Shown one piece after another: positions 9,832 to 20,606 of a stretch of DNA of 56,284 nucleotides. Each line of letters opens with the position of its first letter. Position 1 is the stretch's first letter. A program made the translations under genes and the position numbers. Under the pieces are notes generated by a model. It ran no database searches, was not told the origin of the DNA, and saw only the letters and a program-made list of their open reading frames with translations. Source of the DNA: an uncultured bacterium (GTDB taxonomy: Bacteria > Lernaellota > Lernaellaia > Lernaellales > Lernaellaceae); the NCBI GenBank assembly GCA_964534375.1, contig CAZHPN010000012.1, positions 1 through 56,284 of the forward strand, in the 5' to 3' direction.

Positions 9832-12800
9832 ATGGCGTCGATTTCGCGGCGAAACATGGACAAGGCCCTCCGTTTATTGGAGGGTTTCCGCGATGCGGCT
9901 ATCGTCGCGAATGGGGCCGTCAAGGTCGTCTACGCCAACGCCGCGGCGCGAGCATTGTTCGCCGACCCCGATCGCGAATTGGTCGGCGCCCCGCTGAAGT
10001 CGCTGCCCGGGCTGGTTGACTATCCGAATCTCTTTCGCCAATCAAAGCAGGAGCTTAAGGGCCGGCAGCGCTGGGAGGCTCCGGATTTTTCCGTCGGCCG
10101 CACGCGCACGTCAACCGACATCGTCGTGGAACGGCTCGCCAATTACTTCGCGGTCGAGTCCGGCACGTTATGGCGCTTCATCGACAAGAAAGGCCAACGC
10201 CCGGTTCCAAAAATGTGGACGGAATCGGCCGAGATGTATCGCGACCTCACGGAGCTGGCCAGCGACGGAATCTGCATCGTGCAGGACGCCGTCGTGCGTT
10301 TCGCCAACCCGCAACTTTGCCAAATGTTGGATCTGCCGATTGAGGAGTTGGTCGGCTCCGATTTCCTGGATCATATCGACCCGACGGCGGCCGGGCCGCT
10401 GATCGAACTGTACTACCGTCACCTGCAAGGCGAGCGGAGCTTGGGCATCGTCGAGTCGCGGGTGAAGCGGAAAGACGGCGCGGCGCTCGACGTGGAAATC
10501 GACGCCGGCATCATTCCGTTCGAGGGCCGCGACGCCACGTTGGTCACGCTGCACAACGTCAGCGACCGCAAGCAGGCCGAAGCGGCGATGCACTATCGCA
10601 ACGAATTGTTGGCCTTGCTGGCGGACATCGCCGGCCGATTCGTCGCAGTCGACTTCGCCGATTTCGACGCGCAAATTCGCGAAGCGCTCGCCGTCATCGG
10701 CAAATTCTTCGCGGTCGATCGTTGCGCTGTCTACCTATTTCTCAACGCGGGCGATCGGAAGGACGTGCTGATCGAATGGCTCGCGCCGGACATTCGGCCG
10801 GTCAACCTGCGCCGGCCCGGTCGGTATCTGGATGCGTTTCCGTGGGCCGCCGAGAAACTCGGCGGATTCCAACCCGTCATTTTCAACGACGCGAACGTCG
10901 CGCCGCCGGAGGCGGCGGTCGAACAGCGAATCTGGAAATCGCTCGGCGTCAGAGCGGGCGCGATCATGCCGCTGATCGGCGGGGAAAAACTGGTCGGCAT
11001 GCTGAGCTTGGCGGTCCTCGGCCGCACGCGCACGTGGACCGCCGAAACCGTCACGACCCTCAAGAATATCGCGGCCGTCCTTAGCAGCGCGGTGGAACGA
11101 CGACGGGTCGACCAGGCCCTGCGCGAAAGCGAAGAGCGCTACCGGCGGGTGACCGAGAACGTCCAGGACATCATCTGGAGTTACGATCTGACGACCCGCC
11201 GTTTCCAATACGTGTCCCAGGCGGCGGAACGGCTGCTGGGATATCCGCCTGAAAAAGCCGGCTCGATGACCCTTTCGGATATTTTCCCGCCGGACGCCCT
11301 CAAAAAAGTGACCGCGGCGTTGGACGGGCTGCTCGGCGATTGGCCCACCACCGGAAAAGTCATCATTGAGGCGGAGCACAAGCGCGCCGACGGAACGCTC
11401 GTGCCGCTCGAAGTCATCGGCTCGCCGATTGCCGACGCCGCGGGCCGGCCGGTCCAGATCACCGGCACGTCGCGCGACGTCACCGAACGCAAGCTGGCCG
11501 AAAGAGCGCTGGCCCGTCGCTACGAACTGCTGAAGATTATCACCGAAACGGCCACTCGCTTCATCGCGGTGACGCCGGCCGAACTGGACGCCGCGATCGA
11601 GGAAGCGCTCGGCGCCGTCGGCCGCTTTGTCGAGGCCCAGCGCGGCGTGGTCTACCTTTTTCGGGAAGGCGGCGAAATTGCCGACAACACGCACGAGTGG
11701 CGCGCTCCCGGTCTGCCGGCCGCGAAGGAAAGCCAGCAAAACTTGGTCGCCGGCAAGAACCCGTGGCTGCAGCGGCACGTAACGAATCTCGAACCGTTGC
11801 GCGTGCCGAATGTCGACAAAATGCCGTCCGAGGCGGCGCCGGAAGCGGCGGCGTGGCGCGCGCTCGGCATCAAAGCCGCGGTCGGCGTTCCGTTGGGCCG
11901 GCACGGGGCGGCGATCGGACTGCTGGGCCTGATCGACACCCGCGGTCCGCACGAGTGGGACGACGAGACGATCGCGTTGCTCCAAAATATCGCGGCGATC
12001 TTCGTCAATGCCCTTGAGCGCACGCGGGCCGAGCAGGCGTTGCGCGAGAGCGAAGAACAGTACCGGATGCTGATCGATCTCTTGCCCGAGATGGTCGCGT
12101 TGCACGACGGCGAGGTCATTCAATTCATCAACGAAGCCGGCTGGCGTTTGCTCGGCGGCGACCGCGCCGACGACGTGATCGGTCGAACCGTGCGCGAATT
12201 CTTCCACCCCGACAGCCACCGCGTCCTCGTCCAGCGCATGCGCGATCTGGCGAACGGCGACGCGGCGGCGCCGTTTGTGGAAGTCAAATATCAACAGCTC
12301 CACGGCGGCGTCGTGGACGTCGAGGCGGCGTCGGTGCCGCTGGTGCGCCACGGACGACGCGCCATTCTCTCAATCGCTCGCGACATCACCGAGCGAAAAC
12401 AGGCGGCAGCGACGCTCGCCTACCGCATCGAACTGTTGAAACTGATCACCGACATCGCCACTTCGTTCATTTACCTGGAGCCCAACGCGATCGACGCCGG
12501 CATCGAAAAGGCCTTGGAAATCGCCGCGCGATTCGCCGAGGCCGATCACGGGTTCGTCACCTTGTTCCGCCTCGACAGCCGGTTCGCCGATTGCGCCCAC
12601 GAGTGGTCGGCGCCGGGCCTGAAGTCGCAAAAGGACTTCAGCCGGAACCTCGCGCGCTTCCCCTGGCTGGCGGCGCAAATCAGCGAACGCCGGCCCGTGC
12701 TGATCCACGACATCCGCGAGATTCCGCCGGAAGCGAAACTGGAAAAGACGCTGATCGAAGCCGCCGGCGTCGCGTCCGTCGCCGTCGCGCCGATGGTCTT

Positions 12801-14073
12801 TCAAGGCCGAACGGTCGGTTACGTCGGCTTCATCAACACGACGCAGCCGCGCCACTGGGACGAAGAAACCGTCGCGCTGCTGCAAAACATTGCCGCGATT
12901 TTCGTGAACGCGTGGGAGCGGGCCCGCGCCGAGCGCGCTTTGCTGCAAAGCGAGCAGACCAGCCGCGCGTTGTTGGACGGCGCGGACGATTTGGCGCTGC
13001 TGACCGACCGCACGGGCCGGATCGTCGCAGTGAACGGCGTGGTGGCGCGCACGTTGAACGTCCCGCCCGAATCGTTGATCGGCAAAGACGGCGTGGGCTT
13101 GCTGGCGCACAGCGCCAGAGAGTACGCGCGCGAGGTGATTGCGCGGATGTGCGGGGCGGGCCGGTCGATCCGCGAAGAACGCCAATTCGCCGACCGTTGG
13201 TTCCTGGTGTCGGTGAATCCGGCGGTCGACGACCGCAGCCAAGTGTCGCGTTTGGCCGTTTACGCTCGCGACATCACGGACCTGAAGGCCCGCGAAGACG
13301 AGTTGCGGCGGGCGTTGCGCCAGGCTCAAGAGGCCGAACTCCTCAAAACCCGCTTCCTGGCCAACATGAGCCACGAAATCCGCACGCCCTTGAATCATGT
13401 CATCGGCATCACGTCAATACTTCTGATGCAGCCCGATTTGGCGGTGGCGGAACGCACCGGGTATCTCAAAATTGTCAAACGCGGCGGCGAGTCGATGCTC
13501 CACCTGCTGACGGCGATTCTCGATCTGTCGAAGATCGAATCGGGCAAGTTGGAGCCGACCTGCCGGCCCTTTGCCTTCCGCGACTGGCTCGAAGAACTGC
13601 GCGAGCGCTGCACGGCCCAGGCGAACATTCGTCGCCTGCATTTCAGTTTCACACTGGATCGCCGGTTCCCGGAACGGCTCTCCGGAGATCGAGGCATGCT
13701 GGAGCAGGTGCTGAACAATCTGCTGGAAAACGCGTTCAAGTTCACGAAAAAAGGCCAGGTCGACTTGCAGGTGGATCTGGTGAACGAAAACGATGACCAG
13801 GTCGAGGCCTCCTTTAGGGTGACCGATACCGGCGTCGGCATCGCGGCCGAGCATTTAAACAAGGTGTTCGAGTCGTTTTTTCAGGTGGACAACTCCTCGA
13901 CGCGGGAGTTTGCGGGCGCGGGTCTGGGCCTGACGATCGCTCGCGAAACGGCGCGCCTGGTCGGCGGGGACATCACCGTCGCCAGCGATATCGGCCGCGG
14001 CAGTTCCTTCCGCTTCGTCTGTCCGCTGCGACGCGACGCCTCGCCCGGACCCAGTCCGGCGCCGAAATCGTGA
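9832..14073 (+). CDS. Cytoplasmic multi-PAS/GAF sensor histidine kinase
   Basis: H-box FLANMSHEIRTPLN, N-box NLLENAFKFT, G1 DTGVGI, F-box FESFFQVD, G2 GAGLGL; PAS ends (RDITERK, RDVTERK) alternate with three GAF domains; no TM segment. Confidence 0.93.
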   Translation: MASISRRNMDKALRLLEGFRDAAIVANGAVKVVYANAAARALFADPDRELVGAPLKSLPGLVDYPNLFRQSKQELKGRQRWEAPDFSVGRTRTSTDIVVERLANYFAVESGTLWRFIDKKGQRPVPKMWTESAEMYRDLTELASDGICIVQDAVVRFANPQLCQMLDLPIEELVGSDFLDHIDPTAAGPLIELYYRHLQGERSLGIVESRVKRKDGAALDVEIDAGIIPFEGRDATLVTLHNVSDRKQAEAAMHYRNELLALLADIAGRFVAVDFADFDAQIREALAVIGKFFAVDRCAVYLFLNAGDRKDVLIEWLAPDIRPVNLRRPGRYLDAFPWAAEKLGGFQPVIFNDANVAPPEAAVEQRIWKSLGVRAGAIMPLIGGEKLVGMLSLAVLGRTRTWTAETVTTLKNIAAVLSSAVERRRVDQALRESEERYRRVTENVQDIIWSYDLTTRRFQYVSQAAERLLGYPPEKAGSMTLSDIFPPDALKKVTAALDGLLGDWPTTGKVIIEAEHKRADGTLVPLEVIGSPIADAAGRPVQITGTSRDVTERKLAERALARRYELLKIITETATRFIAVTPAELDAAIEEALGAVGRFVEAQRGVVYLFREGGEIADNTHEWRAPGLPAAKESQQNLVAGKNPWLQRHVTNLEPLRVPNVDKMPSEAAPEAAAWRALGIKAAVGVPLGRHGAAIGLLGLIDTRGPHEWDDETIALLQNIAAIFVNALERTRAEQALRESEEQYRMLIDLLPEMVALHDGEVIQFINEAGWRLLGGDRADDVIGRTVREFFHPDSHRVLVQRMRDLANGDAAAPFVEVKYQQLHGGVVDVEAASVPLVRHGRRAILSIARDITERKQAAATLAYRIELLKLITDIATSFIYLEPNAIDAGIEKALEIAARFAEADHGFVTLFRLDSRFADCAHEWSAPGLKSQKDFSRNLARFPWLAAQISERRPVLIHDIREIPPEAKLEKTLIEAAGVASVAVAPMVFQGRTVGYVGFINTTQPRHWDEETVALLQNIAAIFVNAWERARAERALLQSEQTSRALLDGADDLALLTDRTGRIVAVNGVVARTLNVPPESLIGKDGVGLLAHSAREYAREVIARMCGAGRSIREERQFADRWFLVSVNPAVDDRSQVSRLAVYARDITDLKAREDELRRALRQAQEAELLKTRFLANMSHEIRTPLNHVIGITSILLMQPDLAVAERTGYLKIVKRGGESMLHLLTAILDLSKIESGKLEPTCRPFAFRDWLEELRERCTAQANIRRLHFSFTLDRRFPERLSGDRGMLEQVLNNLLENAFKFTKKGQVDLQVDLVNENDDQVEASFRVTDTGVGIAAEHLNKVFESFFQVDNSSTREFAGAGLGLTIARETARLVGGDITVASDIGRGSSFRFVCPLRRDASPGPSPAPKS

Positions 14074-14102
14074 GCGTGAGTCCGGATCGCTGAATTCTGC
14101 GT

Positions 14103-14501
14103 TCACCGCAGGCGTTGCAATTTGCGCTGTTTGTTGGCTTTATCCAATATCTTGCGGACTTGCTCGACGCTGACGGGTTTGGACAGCACGTAATCAGCGC
14201 CGGCGTCGTTGAACTCCCGTTGCCGGTCGTCGTCCACGTAGGCCGAGACCACCGCCACCTGCACCGGGAAATCGATCTCCAACTTTTTCAGGTCGCGCAG
14301 GAACAAGAGGCCGTCGATTTTCGGCATCATGTAGTCGAGAAAAATCAGGTCCGGCTTGAATTCCTTGACGCGCACCAGCGCTTCGTAGCCGTTCCAACAC
14401 CATTCAATGCGGGCCTCGGGGGCTTGATGCTGCACCATTTTTTCGACGATTTCCGCCGCCACCTCGTCGTCTTCGATTATCAGCACGGAAAATGGAGTCA
14501 T
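14103..14501 (-). CDS. Single-domain response regulator (CheY-like)
   Basis: LIIEDD, PDLIFLDYMMPKIDG, VVSA and LSKP motifs; GGAGGAGG RBS before ATG 14501. Confidence 0.9.
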   Translation of the reverse strand: MTPFSVLIIEDDEVAAEIVEKMVQHQAPEARIEWCWNGYEALVRVKEFKPDLIFLDYMMPKIDGLLFLRDLKKLEIDFPVQVAVVSAYVDDDRQREFNDAGADYVLSKPVSVEQVRKILDKANKQRKLQRLR

Positions 14502-14532
14502 CTGCCCCTCCTCCCCCACGCAACGGTTGCGA

Positions 14533-16197
14533 CTACCGGCGCTCCCACTCGCGGGCGCGGCGACGTTTGACTTGCAACAATTTCACCTCGCGCCGAGCCT
14601 CTTCATTTGCCGGGTTAACTTCGTTGGCCCGCCGGAAATACGCGCCCGCCAGACTGTCTTTGCCTTCGGACTTGAAAATGCGCCCGAGAAACAAGTACGC
14701 CTCGTCATTCGAGTCGTCGTAGGTGATCGCCAGTTTGAGCATTTCCTTGGCTTCGTACGTAACCGAGATGTCCTGCCGGCCGGACAACTCGAACATGCAC
14801 CACGCTTTCAACGCCAAGCCCTCGGAACTGTCGGAATTGATCTCCAGCACGCGATCCAAAAAATGCTGCGCCCCGCGATAATCCTCGCGGTTGAACAACG
14901 TGCGGCCTTCCAGGAGATTGTTTTCGAACGCTTCCAAATCCCACTCCGGATAGCGTTCGGCGCCGACCGGCTGAATCACGTACTGCGCCCATTCGCCGTC
15001 GGCGGCCTGCGGCTGAACAACGGACGGCGCCGGCGCATCGAACTGCAGCCCGCCTGCGGCTGTCAACAAAAACGCCAGCCGCAATTGCGTATCATCGCTC
15101 TCGGCGGGCGCCTGGCGAATCTGCCCCACGGTCTTGCCGACAAGTTCCAGCCCGAGCGCGCGGAGCTCGGGCGCCAGGCGCAAGTCGGCCACGGCGCGGT
15201 CGAAAATGTCGGCGCGGCGAAAAGGCTCGTCGTCGCCGCGATTGCGCGCCAAGATGTGCGCCAATTCCAGCGGATCGGCGTACGTCAAAAGCCCGTTCTT
15301 CAGAATTTCGATCAACGGCACGGGGTCGATGCTGAATCGTCGTTGCGTCAATCGCTCCGGCATAAAATGGAAGGCGCTGCCGGTCCAGATCGGGGAGAAG
15401 GCTTGCAAGACCTTTTCGATCTTCTGCCGCGCGACGTACTGGTCCGCTTCGTTCGGCTGCAGAAGATTCATTTGCACCATGGCCTGGCTCTGAGTGATGT
15501 TCTTCTCGATCGCGACAGCGAACGCGCGGTCGCCGTCCTCCTCGGTAAGAACCCCGAGTTGCGCCAGATATCGCCCGAATGTGTCGTCGCGCAAATAGTT
15601 CGATTCGATCTCGACCACGGACCGCGATTGCACCAGGATTTTCAGTTGCCGCCGCTCGCCTTTCAACCGCAAGACGCCCGATTCGCCAAAGTTGGCCAAA
15701 TGCAGCAACAACCGCGCCAGCGAGGCCGGCGACAGTTTGCCGCGCCGCCACGGAATCGCCTGGATCATGCCGTTCGGGGCGAGCGGTCCGGCCAACCGCT
15801 GCGGCAGGCTGAGCGGACGATCCGGACCTGCCATCCACGCTTCGACCCGGCTGACGACGGCGCCAAGGTCGGCGGGCAACTCGATCAGGTCGTCGGCGGA
15901 AACGCGGAAACCCGCACGTTCCATGTCGGCCAACGGCGGCATGCGCGACGAAACAAGCAGGAACGGCACGCGGCCGAGGCTGTCGTGACTCTTGAAAAGT
16001 CGCGCCAATTCCCAGCCTGACATGATCGCCGTGTCGTCTTCGCAGAGAATCACGTCGGGTCGGACCCGCAACGTCGTGTCGACCGCCGTGCGAACGTCCG
16101 TGCACACATGCACCTGCCAACCTTTCGCCGTCAACGGAGGCAAAAGCTTCTCGACAAGCCCGGTACGGGCGATCACCAATACGTCGGCCTTTTCCAT
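14533..16197 (-). CDS. Atypical receiver + DUF4388/PATAN-like + TPR protein
   Basis: Receiver-like N-terminus (RPDVILCE, MSGWELARLFK); central GVLRL...FGRYLAQLG segment; C-terminal TPR helices (AYLFLGRIF...A.AYFRRA.EVNP.N). Confidence 0.75.
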   Translation of the reverse strand: MEKADVLVIARTGLVEKLLPPLTAKGWQVHVCTDVRTAVDTTLRVRPDVILCEDDTAIMSGWELARLFKSHDSLGRVPFLLVSSRMPPLADMERAGFRVSADDLIELPADLGAVVSRVEAWMAGPDRPLSLPQRLAGPLAPNGMIQAIPWRRGKLSPASLARLLLHLANFGESGVLRLKGERRQLKILVQSRSVVEIESNYLRDDTFGRYLAQLGVLTEEDGDRAFAVAIEKNITQSQAMVQMNLLQPNEADQYVARQKIEKVLQAFSPIWTGSAFHFMPERLTQRRFSIDPVPLIEILKNGLLTYADPLELAHILARNRGDDEPFRRADIFDRAVADLRLAPELRALGLELVGKTVGQIRQAPAESDDTQLRLAFLLTAAGGLQFDAPAPSVVQPQAADGEWAQYVIQPVGAERYPEWDLEAFENNLLEGRTLFNREDYRGAQHFLDRVLEINSDSSEGLALKAWCMFELSGRQDISVTYEAKEMLKLAITYDDSNDEAYLFLGRIFKSEGKDSLAGAYFRRANEVNPANEEARREVKLLQVKRRRAREWERR

Positions 16198-16465
16198 TCG
16201 TTCCTTCCCGGAGCCGAAACGGCGTTTCCCGTCGACAGGACGCGCCGCCGAGCCGCCGTGGTTTCTTCACGCGCCGGTATATGGACTACCGCCGCGGGCA
16301 AAAAGTAAAATCACCCCTTGCCGACCCGGAGTTGGTCGGTTCGGCAGCAACGCGTGAAAATTCTTCGTCTTCGACGCGCAACACCCCGTTAAGGCGCGGA
16401 AATTACGACGACGAATACACACAAACATGTTTCCGGTGTTTCACTGCGAACCGCCTGCACAATAA

Positions 16466-16500
16466 GAAATTTTCCGGCGTTCGGCAAGCCGGAAATTTTC
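16466..16500 (-). terminator. Possible terminator after the MgtC-family gene
   Basis: TTTCCGGC / GCCGGAAA stem right after the stop codon, with T-rich tail on the minus strand. Confidence 0.4.
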
Positions 16501-17014
16501 AAAATTTTTCGGACTCGTTTCTTACCGCGAGCGCGGGTCCGCGCGTCTCGCTCGGGGAACGAGGGATTTTGTTCAAAACATGGCGCTCGAGCCACCCGAG
16601 CGGCAGCAGCGTCAGGATCGTGCAGGCCGTAATCACGGCGGCGGTCAGCGGAAAACCGACGCCCGCGGCCACGCCGACGGCCGCCACAACCCAAATTGTC
16701 GCGGCGCTGGTCATTCCCGACACCGTGAAGCCCTGGTGGATGATCGCCCCTGCGCCGAGAAAACCAACGCCCGTGACCACCTGCCCCGCGATTCGCGTCG
16801 GGTCGTAGGCCATGTGGCTGGTCCGGGCGATCATGTCCGAAAGCATGGCGAACACGCACGAGCCGAGCGAAATCAGCGTGCAAGTGCGCAAGCCCGCCGC
16901 TTTGTGGTGGAATTCACGCTCCAAACCGATGATGCCGCCGCACAACAGCGAAGCGCCCAGCCGCGCCCAAAACGACCAATCGAGAAAAAACGGATCGGAG
17001 AAAAAATCCTTCAT
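16499..17014 (-). CDS. MgtC/SapB family membrane protein
   Basis: IGLERE...AGLRT, DPTRIAGQVVTGVGFLGAG and GMTSAATIW motifs. Confidence 0.92.
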   Translation of the reverse strand: MKDFFSDPFFLDWSFWARLGASLLCGGIIGLEREFHHKAAGLRTCTLISLGSCVFAMLSDMIARTSHMAYDPTRIAGQVVTGVGFLGAGAIIHQGFTVSGMTSAATIWVVAAVGVAAGVGFPLTAAVITACTILTLLPLGWLERHVLNKIPRSPSETRGPALAVRNESEKF

Positions 17015-17181
17015 TGTCTCACCCGTCATGGCGCCATCTTACGCAGACCCAGCGGAAACCGCCAGAGCTTCCGCCGTCGTTCCGCAAGTTTTTTTGAGCG
17101 CGAAGTTGTGGTAGAGAAGGCGAATGGATTGCGGCCGGCGCGCGGGGCGCCTCTGGCCGAACCGTCACGAAAGAAGCGACG

Positions 17182-19650
17182 ATGCTGGTGCACAAATTCG
17201 GCGGAACCTCCGTGGAAACCGCCGCCTGCATGGAAAACGCAGCCGAACTGGCGGCGACGCACGCACGCCCGGCGGTGGTCGTGACCTCGGCGATGGCCGG
17301 CGTCACCGACCAGTTGCTCGCCGTGGCCGAGGCGGCCTGCGCGCGCCGCGCCGCCGATGTCGAGGCCCTTTTCGCTGCGTTGCGCGACCGCCATTTCGCC
17401 GCCGCCGCCGAGTTGACCGGCGACGATCCGTTGCGCGCGGAATTGCGCCGCCGTCTGGACGACCTCGCGGTCGAATTGCGCCAGTTGCTGCACGGCGTCG
17501 GTTTGCTCCGCGAACTCACGCCGCGTTCGCGCGATCTGATCCTCTCGTTCGGCGAGCAATTCGCCGCGCTGCTGCTGGCGGCCGCGTTGCACCGGCGGGG
17601 CGCGGGTTTCCGCCCCGTCGACGCCCGCGAGATTATCCGCACCGACGACAATTTCGGCCAGGCGAACGTCGCTCTCGACGAAAGCCGCCGCCTGACGCGC
17701 GAAACTCTGCTGCCGCTCGACGAGCGCACGATTCCGGTTGTCACCGGCTTCATCGGGCGTACGGCCGAAGGCCTGACGACGACGCTGGGCCGCGGCGGCA
17801 GCGATTATTCGGCGGCGCTGGTCGGCGCGTTCCTCGACGCCGATGAAATCTGGATCTGGACCGACGTCGACGGCGTGATGACGGCGGACCCGCGCGTTGC
17901 GCCCGAGGCGCGCACGCTCGAAGCGATCTCGTATCGCGAAGCCGCGGAGATGGCGTTTTTCGGCTCGAAGGTGCTGCACCCGAGCACGATCATCCCCGCC
18001 GTCGCCGCGGGCATCCCGTTGCGCATCCGCAATTCGTTCCACCCCGAACGCCCGGGCACGCGAATCGGGCCGATCGGCCGCGAGCAATTCCAGGGCGTGA
18101 AAACCGTCACCTCGATCGGCGAGATGGCGATGGTCACGGTCGAAGGCAAAGGCATGGCCGGCGTGCCGGGCATCGCGGCCCGCGTCTTCGCCGCGGCGGC
18201 CCGCGCCGGCGTCAACGTGTATATGATTTCGCAGTCGAGTTCCGAGCAGAATATCAGCTTTCTCGTGCGCCGCGCGGAAGGGCCGGCGGCCGCGGCGGCG
18301 CTGGAAAAAGAATTCGAACCCGAGCGCTTGCGCAGCCGCATCGACCCGATCGACGTGCACGAGCCGGTCGGCATTCTGACGATCATCGGCGAAGGCATGC
18401 GCGGCACGCCGGGCATCGCCCAGCGGCTGTTCGCGGCGCTCGGCCGGCCGCGCATCAACGTGCTGGCCATCGCCCAGGGCAGTTCCGAATTGAGCGTGTC
18501 GGTCGTGGTCGCGCAAAACGACCTGCAGCGCGCCGTCGGGGCCGTACACACTCGTTTCGGCCTGACGCGCGACACCCACGTATTCCTGCTCGGCAAAGGC
18601 GCGATCGGCCGCGCGCTGATCCGCCAGCTTCTCGCCGCCCGCGCGCGGCTGCGCGACGAGCACGGCCTGTCGCTCAACGTCATCGGCGTCGGCGGCCGCA
18701 CCGAATGGCTGTTCGATCCGCGCGGCCTGGACGACGACCGCCTGCGCCGCGTCGCGGCGGGCGAAGCGCTGGCGGCGCTCGGCGGCGAACCGCGGCCGCC
18801 CGACGAGGAAATCATCGACCGCCTGCGCCGGACGCAGCGGCTCGACGTGGCGCTCGTCGACGTCACCGCGGCGGAGACCGGGCCGTTGCAGCGCAGCGCC
18901 CTGCGCGCCGGGTTCCACGTGGTGACGGCGAACAAGCGGCCGCTGTCGGGTTCGCGGCAACTCTACCGCGAGTTGCGCGAGGCCGCGGCGAAACAGGGCG
19001 TGGGGCTGCATTACGAGACAACCTTCGGCGCGGGTCTGCCGGCGCTGTTCACGCTGCAGGATTTGTTGGCCACCCACGACCGCATCGAGCGCGTCACGGG
19101 TTGCTTTTCCGGCACGCTCGGCTTCATCTGCACGGGCCTGCAAGCCGGGCGGCCGTTCGCCGAACTCGTGCGCGAGGCGAAGGAACGCGGCTTCACCGAG
19201 CCCGACCCGCGCGACGATCTCGGCGGCCTCGATGTGGCGCGCAAGGCGCTGATCATCGCCCGTGAAATCGGCGCCGAAATGGAGACGGCGGACATCGATC
19301 TGCAAGGCTTGCTGCCGCCGGAGTTCATGGCGCTGCCGGACGTCGCGACATTCATGGCGCGCCTGCCGGCACTGAACGAGTCGTTCGCCCGGCGGTCCGC
19401 CGCGGCGCGCGAGGCCGGTCAGACGTTGCGCTTCCTGGCCGAGGTCACGCCAACGAGCGCCGCGGTCGGCCTGCGCGCCGTGCCGCTCGACAGCGCCGAG
19501 GGCCAACTGCTCGGGCCCGACAACATTCTCGTCTTCCAGACCGAACGCTATCACGACAACCCGCTGGTGATCCGCGGTCCGGGCGCCGGGGCTGAGGTCA
19601 CCGCCGCCGGCGTCTTCGGCGACCTGCTCAAAGTGGCGAGGCGGGTGTGA
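17182..19650 (+). CDS. thrA: Bifunctional aspartokinase / homoserine dehydrogenase
   Basis: [27 protein letters not shown], two ACT domains (SQSSSE, AQGSSE), [28 protein letters not shown]. Confidence 0.96.
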   Translation: MLVHKFGGTSVETAACMENAAELAATHARPAVVVTSAMAGVTDQLLAVAEAACARRAADVEALFAALRDRHFAAAAELTGDDPLRAELRRRLDDLAVELRQLLHGVGLLRELTPRSRDLILSFGEQFAALLLAAALHRRGAGFRPVDAREIIRTDDNFGQANVALDESRRLTRETLLPLDERTIPVVTGFIGRTAEGLTTTLGRGGSDYSAALVGAFLDADEIWIWTDVDGVMTADPRVAPEARTLEAISYREAAEMAFFGSKVLHPSTIIPAVAAGIPLRIRNSFHPERPGTRIGPIGREQFQGVKTVTSIGEMAMVTVEGKGMAGVPGIAARVFAAAARAGVNVYMISQSSSEQNISFLVRRAEGPAAAAALEKEFEPERLRSRIDPIDVHEPVGILTIIGEGMRGTPGIAQRLFAALGRPRINVLAIAQGSSELSVSVVVAQNDLQRAVGAVHTRFGLTRDTHVFLLGKGAIGRALIRQLLAARARLRDEHGLSLNVIGVGGRTEWLFDPRGLDDDRLRRVAAGEALAALGGEPRPPDEEIIDRLRRTQRLDVALVDVTAAETGPLQRSALRAGFHVVTANKRPLSGSRQLYRELREAAAKQGVGLHYETTFGAGLPALFTLQDLLATHDRIERVTGCFSGTLGFICTGLQAGRPFAELVREAKERGFTEPDPRDDLGGLDVARKALIIAREIGAEMETADIDLQGLLPPEFMALPDVATFMARLPALNESFARRSAAAREAGQTLRFLAEVTPTSAAVGLRAVPLDSAEGQLLGPDNILVFQTERYHDNPLVIRGPGAGAEVTAAGVFGDLLKVARRV

Positions 19651-20606
19651 GCGCCGCGGGCGACTGGGTCAGCGTTTTCGCGCCGGCGACGATCGCCAAC
19701 GTCGGCCCGGGCTTCGATTGCTTCGGCATCTCGCTGGGCGAGCCGGGCGACATCGTCCGCGCGCGGGTCGTCGCGGAACCGGGCGTCAAAATCACCGCGA
19801 TCCGCGGCGATGGCGGCGCCCTGCCCTACGAGGCCGAACGCAACACCGCCGGCCAGGCCGCGCTGGCGATTCTGGCGGGCGAAGGCGAATGGGCCGCGCG
19901 GCACGGCCTCGAGTTGGAAATCGAAAAAGGCCTGCCGGCCGGCTCGGGCCTGGGCAGCAGCGCGGCCAGCGCCGTCTGCGGCGCGGTGGCGGCGATGCTG
20001 GCTGTCGGTCACGCCACCGGCAGCGTGTACAACCGCGACCGCGTGCTGTTCGCCGCCGTCGACGGCGAAGCGGTGGCCTCGGGCGCCTGGCACGCGGACA
20101 ACGTGGCGCCGGCCCTGTTCGGCGGCTTCACCATTGTGCAATCGCTCGACCCGCTCAACGTCGTGCGCCTCGAACCGCTGCTGCCGTGCCGCGTCGCGGT
20201 CGTCACGCCCGATTTCGTCGTCGAAACGAAACGCGCGCGCGAGGCATTGCCGAAATCCGTTTCGATGCGCGACGCGGTGGCCAACTGCGCCAACGCCGCA
20301 AGCCTCGTCGCCGCGCTGCTGACCGCCAACGGCCCCCTGCTGCGGGCCGCACTCGCCGATCGCCTGGCCGAGCCGCACCGCGCCAAGTTGATTCCCGGCT
20401 TCGCCGAGGCGAAACGGGCCGCGATCGCGGCAGGTGCGTACGGCTGCTCGATCGGCGGCTCGGGGCCGACGCTTTTCGCGTTGGCGCCCGACGAAGACGA
20501 CGCCGAGCGCGCGGGCGAGGCGATTGTCGCAACGTTCGCGCGCCACGGCCTCACGAGCCGGCTGCTGGTTTGCGAGATCAGTCCGCTCGGGGCGCGACGG
20601 ATATGA
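19647..20606 (+). CDS. thrB: Homoserine kinase
   Basis: [17 protein letters not shown] motif [30 protein letters not shown] overlap with thrA. Confidence 0.95.
   Translation: MSAAGDWVSVFAPATIANVGPGFDCFGISLGEPGDIVRARVVAEPGVKITAIRGDGGALPYEAERNTAGQAALAILAGEGEWAARHGLELEIEKGLPAGSGLGSSAASAVCGAVAAMLAVGHATGSVYNRDRVLFAAVDGEAVASGAWHADNVAPALFGGFTIVQSLDPLNVVRLEPLLPCRVAVVTPDFVVETKRAREALPKSVSMRDAVANCANAASLVAALLTANGPLLRAALADRLAEPHRAKLIPGFAEAKRAAIAAGAYGCSIGGSGPTLFALAPDEDDAERAGEAIVATFARHGLTSRLLVCEISPLGARRI

Noticed and set aside
17015..17181. thr attenuator leader peptide
   Set aside because: No Thr/Ile-rich mini-ORF or terminator hairpin seen.
17026..19554. 842-aa - strand ORF
   Set aside because: Antisense shadow of thrA.
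19718..20602. N-terminal extension of the 728-aa thrC ORF
   Set aside because: Overlaps thrB in another frame; the real start is ATG 20603. The extensions on rng, proA, both MBL genes and the Spy-like gene were trimmed using RBS position and motif onset.
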